Source of the DNA: Gammaproteobacteria bacterium | Lineage (GTDB): Bacteria > Pseudomonadota > Gammaproteobacteria > Steroidobacterales > Rariloculaceae | NCBI GenBank assembly: GCA_036381515.1 | Contig: DASVCR010000078.1 | Coordinates: 14,371 to 78,370 of the forward strand | Direction of reading: 5' to 3' | DNA: 64,000 nucleotides | Shown: positions 47,355 through 57,187 of the stretch, piece by piece | Numbering within the stretch: the stretch's first letter is position 1 | Layout: each line of letters starts with the position of its first letter | Notes under the pieces: generated by a model | Told to the model about the DNA's origin: nothing | What the model saw: the letters and a program-made list of their open reading frames with translations, nothing else | Databases searched by the model: none | Program-made: the position numbers and the translations under genes

Positions 47355-49382
47355 TCAACGTGCGCCGAGCGGCGGCGTAGGGTCCTCGGCGGCCCGCTCG
47401 CCGAGCGCGAAGACCTCGAGGGGCACCTGGATGCGCGGCGGCTCGACCTCGGTCGAAGCGTCGTCCTCGACGTCATCCCCGGTCGCATCGCCGTCGGCGC
47501 CGTCCGGGGGCGCGTCGTCGTCGGCGCCGTCCGGGGGCGCGTCGTCGTCGGCACCGCCCCCGGTCGCGGACCGCACGACGGCCCGCGCGAGCTCGATGCG
47601 CGTGTCCGCGACGCCCCGCTCAGTCAGCGCATCGGCGATCGCGAGCGCGCGATATCGGCCGAGACGCGCGATGCCGCTCTCCGGGATGGCCTCGTTCTCA
47701 ACGAGCGCGTCGAAGAGCGCGCGGTAGTAAGCGTCGCGCTCGGCCTCGACGACGCGGCCGTCCGGTCCGCGCGTGAAGTACGACGCGATCGTCTCCCGCC
47801 GCTCGGCACCCAGGCGCTCGCCGACGAACTCCTCGAGCAGATCCTGATGACGGGGCGACGCGAAATCGACGGGCTGCGGCTCCGTGACGAGCGTCGGCCC
47901 GGCCGTCTCGAGCGTAACGTGCAGCTCGATCTGCCGCGCGGCGAGCGCGTCCCGATCGACGACGCGATCCGCGACGCCCTGGACGCGCACGCCGATCCTC
48001 GGCCGCGCGGCGAGCGCCTCGGCCCATGCGTCGAGCGTCTCGAGCTCGACGGGCTCGGCCTCGCCGGGCGGGAACGACACCGGCGCAAGCGTCGCCGCAT
48101 CGACGCTGGCCGCGGCGGCGAGCACGTCGAGCGGCGCCGAAGCGACCGCGTCGAGCTGCTCGACGACGCTCGAGGCCAGCACGCGGCCGATACCGGTGCC
48201 GTCGTTCGGAGCGGAGAAGACGTAGGCCGTCTCGACGACGCCGCGCGGATCCTCGAGGAGCGCGAGCGCGAGCTCGATGCTCGGGCCGCCGGGATCCGTC
48301 GCGGCCTGCTCGATCGCGAGCCCTCGCGCGCTGAAGCGAACGTCGCCTTCGATGCCGCCAGCGGCGACGCGATACTCGATCCGCGCATCGATCGCCTCGG
48401 CGTCTAGCGCAGAGCCCGCGAGCCGCAGCGACGGACGGAGCAGATCGAGCTCCGCGGCGAGCCGCCACTTGCCGTCGAGCAGCTCGGCGTCGCCGGCAGC
48501 CTCGAGGCTCGCGGCCGACAGCGCATCGCCGTCCGCCGATCCGAGCTCGGCACGAAGCACCCTGAGCGTCGCCGCGCCGAGCCGCAGCGTCCGCTCGCGG
48601 CCGCGCCACTCGAAGTCGGCCGCGCCGCTCGACACTCCGGCGACCGACGGCGATCCGGGGAACCGCGCGGCGATCGGCGCGACGTCGACGTTCTCGAACA
48701 GCATGCGGCCGTCCGCGGCGAGGGTGCCGACGTCGATCTCTCCGGAAAGCCGCAGCACGCCGCCGACCGCGTTCCGCGCGTCGATCTCGACGCGTGCGCG
48801 CGTCGCCGCCGGGCGAGCGACGTCGAACGCGCGCACCGACACGCCGTCGACGACGAGCGGCTCGCCCGCGTCGTCGTGCCATTCGATGCGGCCGCCGTCG
48901 ATCGTTGCGTGCGCAATCTCGAACGGCGCCGCGGGCGCGAACGCGTCCCAGCCGGCGTCAGCCGGTCGAGCCTCTGCGCCGAGCGTCACGCGCGGCGCGT
49001 CGACGTCGAGCAGGTCGAGGACGAACCCGCCGCCGAGCAGCGCGGCGACGTCGAAATCGAGCGCGATTCGGCGCGTCTCCACCGAGACCCCGGGCGCATC
49101 GAGCGCCGAGTCGTGCAGCGTGACCGTCAATGTGAACGGGTTCACGGCGACGCGCCCCACGGCGACACGCCTGCCCGGAGCCGCCGCGGCCCACTCGTCG
49201 AGGACCGCGCCGACCGCGAGCGGCACGACGACGTAGGTCCCGAGCGCAAACGCGACCGCGAGGACCACGACGCCTGAAGCCACGAGCTGCGCGCGGCGGC
49301 TTCGACGCAAGCGCCGGCCGATGCGCCGCCCTCTGACGTACAGACGGGACGCGGGCGTGCCTCTCTGCAAAGCTCCGGTCAT
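47355..49382 (-). CDS. DUF748-like (AsmA-related) membrane-anchored protein with acidic repeat tail
   Basis: N-terminal TM. Repeated F.L..L.V..P...L / I..G.I...D segments typical of DUF748. C-terminus contains DDDAPPDGA x2. Confidence 0.65.
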   Translation of the reverse strand: MTGALQRGTPASRLYVRGRRIGRRLRRSRRAQLVASGVVVLAVAFALGTYVVVPLAVGAVLDEWAAAAPGRRVAVGRVAVNPFTLTVTLHDSALDAPGVSVETRRIALDFDVAALLGGGFVLDLLDVDAPRVTLGAEARPADAGWDAFAPAAPFEIAHATIDGGRIEWHDDAGEPLVVDGVSVRAFDVARPAATRARVEIDARNAVGGVLRLSGEIDVGTLAADGRMLFENVDVAPIAARFPGSPSVAGVSSGAADFEWRGRERTLRLGAATLRVLRAELGSADGDALSAASLEAAGDAELLDGKWRLAAELDLLRPSLRLAGSALDAEAIDARIEYRVAAGGIEGDVRFSARGLAIEQAATDPGGPSIELALALLEDPRGVVETAYVFSAPNDGTGIGRVLASSVVEQLDAVASAPLDVLAAAASVDAATLAPVSFPPGEAEPVELETLDAWAEALAARPRIGVRVQGVADRVVDRDALAARQIELHVTLETAGPTLVTEPQPVDFASPRHQDLLEEFVGERLGAERRETIASYFTRGPDGRVVEAERDAYYRALFDALVENEAIPESGIARLGRYRALAIADALTERGVADTRIELARAVVRSATGGGADDDAPPDGADDDAPPDGADGDATGDDVEDDASTEVEPPRIQVPLEVFALGERAAEDPTPPLGAR
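47494..47547 (-). repeat. Perfect 2 x 27-nt tandem duplication inside the DUF748 gene
   Basis: tcggcgccgtccgggggcgcgtcgtcg occurs at 47494-47520 and again at 47521-47547, with a degenerate third copy following. Confidence 0.95.
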
Positions 49383-49523
49383 CGCTTCGGCCGATCATAC
49401 TCCCGAACGGGCGCGGCTTTGCTTTGCCTCGGTCAAAGGTATATCGTGGAACGTGATGATGCCGTTCGACTTTCCGCCCAGGATGTGCATCCTGTCGCAC
49501 GATACGGTATCCGGAGTGAGTTC

Positions 49524-50054
49524 ATGCGGAGTGAGCCCATGAGCCGTCCAATCGTCGCGGCGGCCGTGGTCGCTGCCACGGTCGTCCTCGTCGCCGTCCT
49601 GTATTACGTGTTCTCTCCGACGACGACGGTTTCCCCGGACGGGCGCCGCATCACCGATGCGGATCGCGGCGAGCAGGCGCGCGAGACCATCGCCGAGCTG
49701 CGCGAGGAGAGCGAAGCCGGCCGCCCGGATCTCGACGAGGCGTTCGCACGGGCCGAGGCGCACCGCGAGGCGGGCGAGCTCGCGGACGCGCAGCTCCTCT
49801 ATTTCTTCGCGGCCCGGAACGGCCATGCTCAGGCGGCGTTCCGCCTCGCGACGTCGTACGACCCGCTGCATCACGATCCGGAGACGAGCCTGCTCGACGA
49901 GCCGGACCCGTTCCAGGCCTTCAAGTACTACATGCAGGCCCTCGAAGGCGGCGTCACGGAGGCGCAGGCCCGGCTCGACGCGCTGCACGCGTGGGCCGAG
50001 CGTGAAGCCCCTTCGAACCCGGAAGCCGAGCGTCTTCTGTTGCAGTGGAATTGA
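49524..50054 (+). CDS. Membrane-anchored Sel1-like repeat protein
   Basis: N-terminal TM IVAAAVVAATVVLVAVLYYVF. Two Sel1-type repeats (AQLLYFFAARNGHAQAAFRLATSYDP; FQAFKYYMQALEGGVTEAQARL). Alternative ATG at 49539. Confidence 0.7.
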   Translation: MRSEPMSRPIVAAAVVAATVVLVAVLYYVFSPTTTVSPDGRRITDADRGEQARETIAELREESEAGRPDLDEAFARAEAHREAGELADAQLLYFFAARNGHAQAAFRLATSYDPLHHDPETSLLDEPDPFQAFKYYMQALEGGVTEAQARLDALHAWAEREAPSNPEAERLLLQWN

Positions 50055-50056
50055 CG

Positions 50057-52009
50057 ATGATGCGCGCGATCACATTCGGTAACGCGATGCGGCTCCTGCT
50101 CGTCGCCGTTGCTGCGTTCGCCGTCACGGCGCACGCGCAGCAGAACCGTCCGCTGACCGTCGAGGGCAAGCGAACGCTTTATCAACGCGTGATCGCGGTG
50201 CCCGGCGCGCTGCTGCTCGATGCGCCCGGCGCGTCCCGCGCGTTCGCGCAGCCGGTCACGCCGTTCACCGTGTTCTACGTCTACGACCGGCAGACGCACG
50301 AGGGCCGCAACTACGTGCAGGTCGGCATCGACAGCGCGGGCGAGATCGACGGCTGGCTGCCGGCCGAGCAGGCGATCGACTGGCAGCAGACGCTGACCGT
50401 CGGCTTCAGGGACCCCGCGCAGCACCCGCGCGTGCTGCTCTTCAACGACCGCGACGCGCTGCGCGAGATCATCGACACGAACGACGCGGCGCGCTACGAG
50501 ACGCTCCGCGAGCAGGCGATCGCGGGCGACGTGCGCGACTCGCCCGTCGCCGCGATCCAGCCGGACGGGTTCATCGACATCCGCCGCAACTTCTATCTCG
50601 TGCCGATCCTGAGCCACGAGGACGTGCTGATCGGCGACTACCAGGGCCGGCTGCTGCACGTCGCGAGCGTGCCGCTGCGCGATCCGGCCCCGGAGGAGGA
50701 TCCGTACCGCGCGGGCATCGTCTTCGTGATCGACACGACGCAGTCGATGCGTCCGTACATCGACAGGACGCGCGAGATCATGCGCGACGTCTACGCGCAG
50801 ATCGAGGAAGCGGGGCTCGCGGACAAGGTCGCGTACGGGCTCGTCGGCTTTCGCGACAGCACGAAGGCCGTGCCCGCGCTCGGCTACGAGGCCCGCGTGT
50901 TCGCCGACCTGACCAGCAGCGGCGAAGAGTTCCTCACGCAGGTCGCCGACGTCGATGCCTCCGACGTCTCGAGCCAGGGCTTCGACGAGGACGCGTACGC
51001 CGGTGTAGTCGAAGCTTTAGAATCAATTAATTGGGGAAATTTTTTTGCGCGTTACATCATCCTCATCACCGACGCGGGTCCGCGCCTCGCCGACGATCCG
51101 CTGTCGTCCACGGGCCTCGATACCGCCGAGCTCGCCGCGCACCTCCGCGACCGCGGCATCGCGCTCTGGGCGATCCACCTGAAGACGGAGGTCGGCCGCG
51201 ACGATCATGCGTTCGCGGAGCGCGAGTACCGCGCGCTGTCGACCGTGCCCGACATCGGCTCGTTCTACTATCCGATCGAGGCGGGGAACGTCGACGATTT
51301 CGGCGAGGCGCTGTCCGCGATGATGCGCCAGCTCACGGCGCAGGTCGCCGCGGCGGCTCAAGGGTTTCAGCCGCTGCAGGGCCAGCCGACGATCGAGATC
51401 GCGGAGGACGACAGCGAGCTCTCCGCGTTCCAGCAGAAGGTCGCGCGGCTCGGGTATGCGCTCCGCATGGATTACCTGCAGCAGGCCGGCGACGACGGCC
51501 GCGTGCCCGCGCTGTTCGATGCGTGGATGATCGACCGCGACTTCTCGAATCCCGCCGAGCTTGCGATCGACGTGCGCGTGCTCCTGACGCGCGACCAGCT
51601 CTCCGATCTGCACGACGTGCTGCGGCGCGTCGTCGAGCGCGCCGAGGAAGGCGCGATCGCGCCGCAGGGGTTCCTCGACGAGCTGCGCAGCCTCGCCGCG
51701 ATCATCAGCCGAGACCCCGAGGCCGTCGAGGCGGCGGCCGCCGCCGGGGACGGCGTGAGCCTCGCGGAGCTCGGCTACATGCGCGAGTACATCGAGGGCC
51801 TGCCGTACCAGAGCGAGGTGATGCACATCGACCTGTCAGACTGGCAGCAGTGGTCCGCGCAGCAGCAGTTCGAGTTCATCAACCGGCTCGACGGCAAGGT
51901 CGCCTACTATCGCGCGCTGCACGACAACGTCGATCTGTGGGTGTCGCTCGACGGCGGCCCCATCGACGGCGATTCCGTCTATCCGTTGCCGCTGGAGGCC
52001 CTGCCCTGA
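50057..52009 (+). CDS. Secreted von Willebrand factor A (vWA) domain protein
   Basis: Signal peptide ..AVTAHA. MIDAS-type strand IVFVIDTTQSM and downstream YIILITDAG. About 230-aa N-domain and about 250-aa C-domain are unassigned. Confidence 0.8.
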   Translation: MMRAITFGNAMRLLLVAVAAFAVTAHAQQNRPLTVEGKRTLYQRVIAVPGALLLDAPGASRAFAQPVTPFTVFYVYDRQTHEGRNYVQVGIDSAGEIDGWLPAEQAIDWQQTLTVGFRDPAQHPRVLLFNDRDALREIIDTNDAARYETLREQAIAGDVRDSPVAAIQPDGFIDIRRNFYLVPILSHEDVLIGDYQGRLLHVASVPLRDPAPEEDPYRAGIVFVIDTTQSMRPYIDRTREIMRDVYAQIEEAGLADKVAYGLVGFRDSTKAVPALGYEARVFADLTSSGEEFLTQVADVDASDVSSQGFDEDAYAGVVEALESINWGNFFARYIILITDAGPRLADDPLSSTGLDTAELAAHLRDRGIALWAIHLKTEVGRDDHAFAEREYRALSTVPDIGSFYYPIEAGNVDDFGEALSAMMRQLTAQVAAAAQGFQPLQGQPTIEIAEDDSELSAFQQKVARLGYALRMDYLQQAGDDGRVPALFDAWMIDRDFSNPAELAIDVRVLLTRDQLSDLHDVLRRVVERAEEGAIAPQGFLDELRSLAAIISRDPEAVEAAAAAGDGVSLAELGYMREYIEGLPYQSEVMHIDLSDWQQWSAQQQFEFINRLDGKVAYYRALHDNVDLWVSLDGGPIDGDSVYPLPLEALP

Positions 52010-52752
52010 CCGTCGACGCCGTCTTCGCGCTTCGGGACGTCACGAAAACGTACAGCGCCGGAGGCGTCGAGTTTCGCCTCCGCGTGCCGCGACTCGACGT
52101 GCCGCGCGGCGCGAAGATCGCGCTGATCGGCGAGAGCGGCTCGGGCAAGAGCACGCTGCTCGAGCTGCTCGCGATGATCCTGAAGCCGACGAGCGCGGGC
52201 AGCTTCCGGTTCACGCCGACCGCCGGCGAGCCGCTCGACGTCGACGCGGCCTGGCGCAGGGGCGATTCCGACGGCATGAGCCGCTGGCGGAGCCGTTACA
52301 TCGGCTACGTGCTGCAGCACGGCGGGCTCCTGCCGTATCTCAGCGTGCGCCGCAACATCGAGCTGCCGCGGCGGCTCCTCGATCTCCCGGTCGGCGACGT
52401 CGCGGACGACCTCGCGGCGCGGCTCGGCATCCGCCAGCAGCTCGACAAGCTGCCCGCGGCGCTGTCCGTCGGGCAGCGCCAGCGCGCGGCGATCGCGCGC
52501 GCGCTCGCACACGAGCCGCCGGTCGTGATCGCGGACGAGCCGACGGCCGCGATCGATCCGCTGAACGCCGAGCGGATCACAGCGCTCCTCGCGAAGCTCG
52601 CGGACGAGCTCGACGTCACGCTGATCGTCGCGAGCCACGCGCAGGAGCTCGTGCGAAGCGCCGGCTTCACGCTGATCGCGCACGAGATCGATGCGGCGGA
52701 CGAGGAGTCGATGACGGTCAGCGTGTGCTCCGCCGAGCCGATGGCCGCGTGA
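51937..52752 (+). CDS. ABC transporter ATP-binding protein (MacB/LolD-like)
   Basis: Walker A GESGSGKST, signature LSVGQRQR, Walker B VVIADEPTAAID. Start uncertain: the homologous N-terminus begins about 52006 (LTVDAVFALRDVTKTY), where only CTG is available. The nearest canonical in-frame start is GTG 51937, overlapping the vWA gene. Confidence 0.8.
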   Translation: MGVARRRPHRRRFRLSVAAGGPALTVDAVFALRDVTKTYSAGGVEFRLRVPRLDVPRGAKIALIGESGSGKSTLLELLAMILKPTSAGSFRFTPTAGEPLDVDAAWRRGDSDGMSRWRSRYIGYVLQHGGLLPYLSVRRNIELPRRLLDLPVGDVADDLAARLGIRQQLDKLPAALSVGQRQRAAIARALAHEPPVVIADEPTAAIDPLNAERITALLAKLADELDVTLIVASHAQELVRSAGFTLIAHEIDAADEESMTVSVCSAEPMAA

Positions 52753-52753
52753 C

Positions 52754-53983
52754 ATGCCGATGGGATCGCCGAACGGCAGGATGCGGCTCGTCGGCCGCCT
52801 CGCGCTCGACGACTATCGTCACGAGTGGGTGCTGTCCGGGTGCTCCGTGCTCGCGCTCGCGGCCGTGCTGATCCCGCTGCTCGTCCTGTTCGGGCTGCGC
52901 TACGGCATCATCACGAACCTGCTCGATCCGCTGATCGAGAACCCGCGCTATCGCGAGGTCACGCCGGTCACGAGCGGCCGCTTCACGCCGGAATGGTTCG
53001 AGACGATGCGCGCGCGCGACGACGTCGAGTTCGTCGTGCCGAGGACGCGCTCGCTCGCCGCGACGATCCGGCTGCGCGTGCCCGACAGCGAGGTCGGCCG
53101 GATCGTCGACGTCGAGCTGATCCCGTCCGGTCCCGGCGACCCGGTGCTCACGGAGGAGCTCGAGCCGCCCAAAGGCTACGGCCAGGTGCTCTTGTCGACG
53201 AGCGTCGCGGAGCGTCTCGGCGCGGCCGCAGGCACGCGCGTCGAAGGCATCGTCACGCGTACGCGGCAGGGCGAGGTCGAGACGAAGCTTTTGCCGCTCG
53301 ACGTCGCCGGCGTCGCACCGCCGGCGGCGTTCGGCCGGGACGGCATGTTCGTCTCGAGCGAGCTGCTCGTCGCGATCGAGGACTTCCTCGACGGACGCGC
53401 GGTGCCCCCGCTCGACTGGGAAGGCAGCGAGCCCCGGTCCGCGGACCGCGCGTTCGCGGGCTTTCGGATGTACGCGCGCGAGCTCGACGACGTCGCGACG
53501 CTGCGCGCCGAGCTCCTCGCGCAGAACGTCGACGTGCGGACGAGCATCGCGGACATCTCGCTCGTGCAGACGCTCGACCGCAATCTCGGCATCGTCTACT
53601 GGATCATCGCGACGATGGCGATCGTCGGCTACTGCCTGTCGTTCGCGACGAGCGTCTGGGCGAACGTCGACCGCAAGCGGCGCGAGTTCAGCGTGCTGCG
53701 CCTCACCGGCTTTCGCACGCGCGACATCGTCTGGTTCCCGATCCTGCAGGCCGCGTTCACGGCCGTGCTCGCGTGGCTCGTCGCGTGCGTCGCGTACTTC
53801 GTCGTGCAGGGCATCCTGAACGGGCTCTTCGCCGACAGCATCGGCGGGGGCGAGCCGGTCTGCCGGATCCGCGCGTGGCACCTCGCGCTCGCGCTGCTCC
53901 TCACGCTCGCCGCGTCGTCCGTCGCGGCCGCGGCCGGCGGGCGGCGCGTCGCGCAGCTCGAGCCGTCGCTCGGGCTGCGCTGA
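52754..53983 (+). CDS. FtsX-family ABC permease with large periplasmic domain (type VII / MacB-like)
   Basis: TM1, about 220-aa periplasmic insert, then three TM helices with RKRREFSVLRLTGFRTRDIV. ATG lies 1 nt after the ATPase stop. Confidence 0.8.
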   Translation: MPMGSPNGRMRLVGRLALDDYRHEWVLSGCSVLALAAVLIPLLVLFGLRYGIITNLLDPLIENPRYREVTPVTSGRFTPEWFETMRARDDVEFVVPRTRSLAATIRLRVPDSEVGRIVDVELIPSGPGDPVLTEELEPPKGYGQVLLSTSVAERLGAAAGTRVEGIVTRTRQGEVETKLLPLDVAGVAPPAAFGRDGMFVSSELLVAIEDFLDGRAVPPLDWEGSEPRSADRAFAGFRMYARELDDVATLRAELLAQNVDVRTSIADISLVQTLDRNLGIVYWIIATMAIVGYCLSFATSVWANVDRKRREFSVLRLTGFRTRDIVWFPILQAAFTAVLAWLVACVAYFVVQGILNGLFADSIGGGEPVCRIRAWHLALALLLTLAASSVAAAAGGRRVAQLEPSLGLR

Positions 53984-54044
53984 TCCCCTCGACGCTGGCA
54001 CGCTCCTTGCCTCGAGTCCGGATCCACGTAGACGGGAGGCGAGT

Positions 54045-54962
54045 GTGCGCTTGGGACTCATCGGACTCGGCCGCATGGGCGGCAACATGGCGCGGCGGCT
54101 GCGGCGCGCGTCGATCGAGGTCGTCGGCTTCACGCGCGGCCGCAACGTCGTCGATGCGCTCGCGCGCGAGTGCGGGCTGATCCCGGCCGCGTCGCTCGAC
54201 GCGGTCGTCGCCGCCCTCCCCCCGCCCCGCGTCGTCTGGCTGATGCTGCCCGCGGGAAGCGTGACGCACGAGTACGTCGTCGCGCTCGGCGAGCGGCTCG
54301 AGGCCGGCGACATCGTTGTCGACGGCGCGAACTCGTACTATCGCGACTCGATCGCGCACGGCGCGTATCTCGGCGAGCGCAACATCGCGTTCGTCGACGC
54401 GGGCGTGTCGGGCGGCATCTGGGGGCTCGACGAAGGCTATGCGCTGATGGTCGGCGGACCCGAGGCCGCGATCAGGACAATCGAGCCCGCGCTGCGGGCG
54501 CTCGCGCCCGGACCTGACCGCGGCTGGCTCCACTGCGGGCTCACGGGCAGCGGGCACTTCGTGAAGATGGTCCACAACGGCATCGAGTACGGCATGATGC
54601 AGGCGTACGCCGAAGGTTTCGCGCTGCTCGCGTCACGCAAGGATTTCGACCTCGACCTCGCGGCGATCGCCGAGATGTGGCGCCACGGCAGCGTCGTGCG
54701 CAGCTGGCTGCTCGATCTGGCCGCGGACGTGCTGCGCGACGACGCGGGCCTCGAGCAAGTCGCGCCGTACGTCGCCGATTCCGGCGAGGGCCGCTGGGCG
54801 GCGATCGAGTCGATCGAGCGGGGCGTGCCGGCACCGGTCATCGGCACGGCGCTGATGATGCGCTTCGCGAGCCAGGGCGGGCTCCACTACGGCTCGAAGC
54901 TGCTCGCGCTGCTGCGGAACCGCTTCGGCGGACACGCCGTCCGCGGCGAGGACGGGAAGTGA
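54045..54962 (+). CDS. gnd: 6-phosphogluconate dehydrogenase, decarboxylating (short form)
   Basis: [25 protein letters not shown]-like [26 protein letters not shown]. Confidence 0.9.
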   Translation: MRLGLIGLGRMGGNMARRLRRASIEVVGFTRGRNVVDALARECGLIPAASLDAVVAALPPPRVVWLMLPAGSVTHEYVVALGERLEAGDIVVDGANSYYRDSIAHGAYLGERNIAFVDAGVSGGIWGLDEGYALMVGGPEAAIRTIEPALRALAPGPDRGWLHCGLTGSGHFVKMVHNGIEYGMMQAYAEGFALLASRKDFDLDLAAIAEMWRHGSVVRSWLLDLAADVLRDDAGLEQVAPYVADSGEGRWAAIESIERGVPAPVIGTALMMRFASQGGLHYGSKLLALLRNRFGGHAVRGEDGK

Positions 54963-56434
54963 GCCGGCCGGATACGCCGTGCCGCTTCGTGATCTTCGGG
55001 GTGACCGGCGACCTCGCGCGCCGGAAGCTGCTGCCGGCGTTGTACGACCTCGACTGCCGCGGGCACCTCGACGACGCGCTCTACTTCGTCGGCGTCGGGC
55101 GCCGCGAATGGGACGACGACGGGTTCCGCGGGTATCTCCGCGACGAGATCGCGGAGCGGCGCCGCGGCACCGCGCCCGCCGCGCTCGAGCGCTTCGCGGC
55201 GCGCTTCCGCTTCGTGCGCGGCGATTACGGCGATTCCGAGACCTACGCGCGGCTCGCGCGCACGCTGCGTGACGGCGGCACGGACCGCTGCGAGAACGTC
55301 GCGTTCTACCTCGCCGTGCCGCCCGCCGAGTTCGGGATGATCGTCCGCAAGCTCGACGAGGCGGACCTCACGCATACCTCGGCCGGCAACCGGATCGTCG
55401 TCGAGAAGCCGTTCGGCCACGACCTCGCGAGCGCGCGCGCGTTGAACGAGGAGCTGCACCGGTACTTTCCGGAGGAACGGATCTATCGCATCGATCACTT
55501 CCTCGGCAAGGAAACCGTGCAGAACCTGCTCGTGTTCCGCTTCGCGAACGCGGTCATCGAGCCGATCTGGAACCGGCATCACGTCGACCACGTGCAGATC
55601 ACGTTCGCCGAGACGCTCGGCATCGGCGGCCGCGCCGGCTATTTCGACCGCGCCGGCACGCTGCGCGATATGGTCCAGAATCACCTGCTGCAGGTGCTCG
55701 CGGTCGTCGGCATGGAGCCGCCCGCGACGCTCGGGGCGGACGACATGCGTACCGAGAAGGAGAAGGTCCTGCGCTCGATCCGGCCGCTCACCGTCGAGTC
55801 CGTCGACGCGCATGCGCTGCGGGCGCGCTATACCGCGGGCGAGATCGGCGGCGCCGCGGTGCCGGGCTACCTCGACGAGGAAGGCGTGCCGCCCGACTCG
55901 ACGACCGAGACGTACGTCGCGATGAAGCTCTTCGTCGACAACTGGCGCTGGCGAGGCGTGCCGTTCTACCTGCAGACGGGCAAGCGGCTCGCGGCAGACG
56001 TCTCGCATGTCGCGATCCGCTTTCGCGACGTGCCCGTGCAGCTCTTTCGGGCCGCCGCGTGCGCCGAGCCCGCGCCGAACTGGCTGACGCTGGGGCTCGA
56101 GCCCGAGGACACGCTCGGGTTCGAGCTCGAGACCCGCGCACCGGGCTTCGAGATGACGCCGCAGACGATGCACTTCGACACGCGGCCGCGCGACGGGCGC
56201 GACGGCCGGCTCGGGCCGTACGCGATGCTGCTGCTCGACGTGATCGAAGGCGACCGGACGCTGTTCATCCGGTTCGACGAGGTCGAGACCGCGTGGCGCG
56301 TCGTCGAGCCGGTGCTCGAGCGCTGGCGGATGCCGGACGCACCGCTCGCCGAGTACGCCGCCGGGACCTGGGGGCCGGCCGAGGCGAACGCGCTGTTCGA
56401 GCGTCCGCACCAGGCGTGGCGGAGACGCGCGTGA
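54959..56434 (+). CDS. zwf: Glucose-6-phosphate dehydrogenase
   Basis: [42 protein letters not shown] overlap with gnd. Confidence 0.95.
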   Translation: MSRPDTPCRFVIFGVTGDLARRKLLPALYDLDCRGHLDDALYFVGVGRREWDDDGFRGYLRDEIAERRRGTAPAALERFAARFRFVRGDYGDSETYARLARTLRDGGTDRCENVAFYLAVPPAEFGMIVRKLDEADLTHTSAGNRIVVEKPFGHDLASARALNEELHRYFPEERIYRIDHFLGKETVQNLLVFRFANAVIEPIWNRHHVDHVQITFAETLGIGGRAGYFDRAGTLRDMVQNHLLQVLAVVGMEPPATLGADDMRTEKEKVLRSIRPLTVESVDAHALRARYTAGEIGGAAVPGYLDEEGVPPDSTTETYVAMKLFVDNWRWRGVPFYLQTGKRLAADVSHVAIRFRDVPVQLFRAAACAEPAPNWLTLGLEPEDTLGFELETRAPGFEMTPQTMHFDTRPRDGRDGRLGPYAMLLLDVIEGDRTLFIRFDEVETAWRVVEPVLERWRMPDAPLAEYAAGTWGPAEANALFERPHQAWRRRA

Positions 56435-57165
56435 GCCCCGCGGCGCTCCGCTGGCACCTCTATCCCGACGCGGAGCGGCTCGCCGAGGGGCTCGCGGCCG
56501 CGCTCGCGATCCGCGCCGAGGAATGCCTGACGATGCGCGGCCGCTATCTGATCGTGCTGACCGGCGGCGAGACCCCGCGCCTCCTGTACCGACGGCTCGC
56601 GGCGATCGACACTGACTGGCCGCGCTGGCACGTCTACTTCTGCGACGAGCGCTGCGTGCCGGCGGGCCACCGCGAGCGGAACGACGCGATGGCCCGCGGC
56701 GAGTGGCTCGACCACGTGCAGATCCCGCCGGCGAACGTGCACGCGATTCCCGGCGAGCTCGGTCCCGAGCGGGCCGCGGACGCCTATTGCCGCGTGCTCG
56801 ACGGCGTCGGCCCCTTCGACACAACGCTTCTCGGTCTCGGCGAGGACGGGCATGCGGCGAGCCTGTTCCCGGGGCGGCCCGACGGCCTCGCCGCGGACGC
56901 GCCGGACGCGATCCCGGTGCGCGCGTCGCCGAAGCCGCCACCCGAACGAGTCAGCCTGAGCGCACGGCGGCTCAAGGCTTCGCGCGAGGTCGTGTTCGTC
57001 GTCGCAGGCGCGGAGAAGCGCGACGCGGTCGGGCGGCTCGCCCGGCTCGACCCGGCGATCCCGGCGAGCGCCGTCGTGCCGCCGGCGGGGGCCGACGTCT
57101 GGCTCGACGACGCGGCGGCATCGGACATACGATCCGAAGTCCGATCCGACACTCGCTCGCTCTGA
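56431..57165 (+). CDS. pgl: 6-phosphogluconolactonase
   Basis: [36 protein letters not shown] overlap with zwf. Confidence 0.9.
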   Translation: MSPAALRWHLYPDAERLAEGLAAALAIRAEECLTMRGRYLIVLTGGETPRLLYRRLAAIDTDWPRWHVYFCDERCVPAGHRERNDAMARGEWLDHVQIPPANVHAIPGELGPERAADAYCRVLDGVGPFDTTLLGLGEDGHAASLFPGRPDGLAADAPDAIPVRASPKPPPERVSLSARRLKASREVVFVVAGAEKRDAVGRLARLDPAIPASAVVPPAGADVWLDDAAASDIRSEVRSDTRSL

Positions 57166-57187
57166 CCACGGGATTCGAGGATTCGCG

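Noticed and set aside
47494-47547. Possible CRISPR-like or other non-coding repeat array.
   Set aside because: There are only two perfect units with no spacers. They lie in frame inside a CDS, so this is a coding tandem duplication.
51031-52752. 573-aa ORF as a single long ABC protein overlapping the vWA gene.
   Set aside because: The first ~320 residues are Arg-rich nonsense out of frame with the well-supported vWA gene. ABC homology starts only near 52006.
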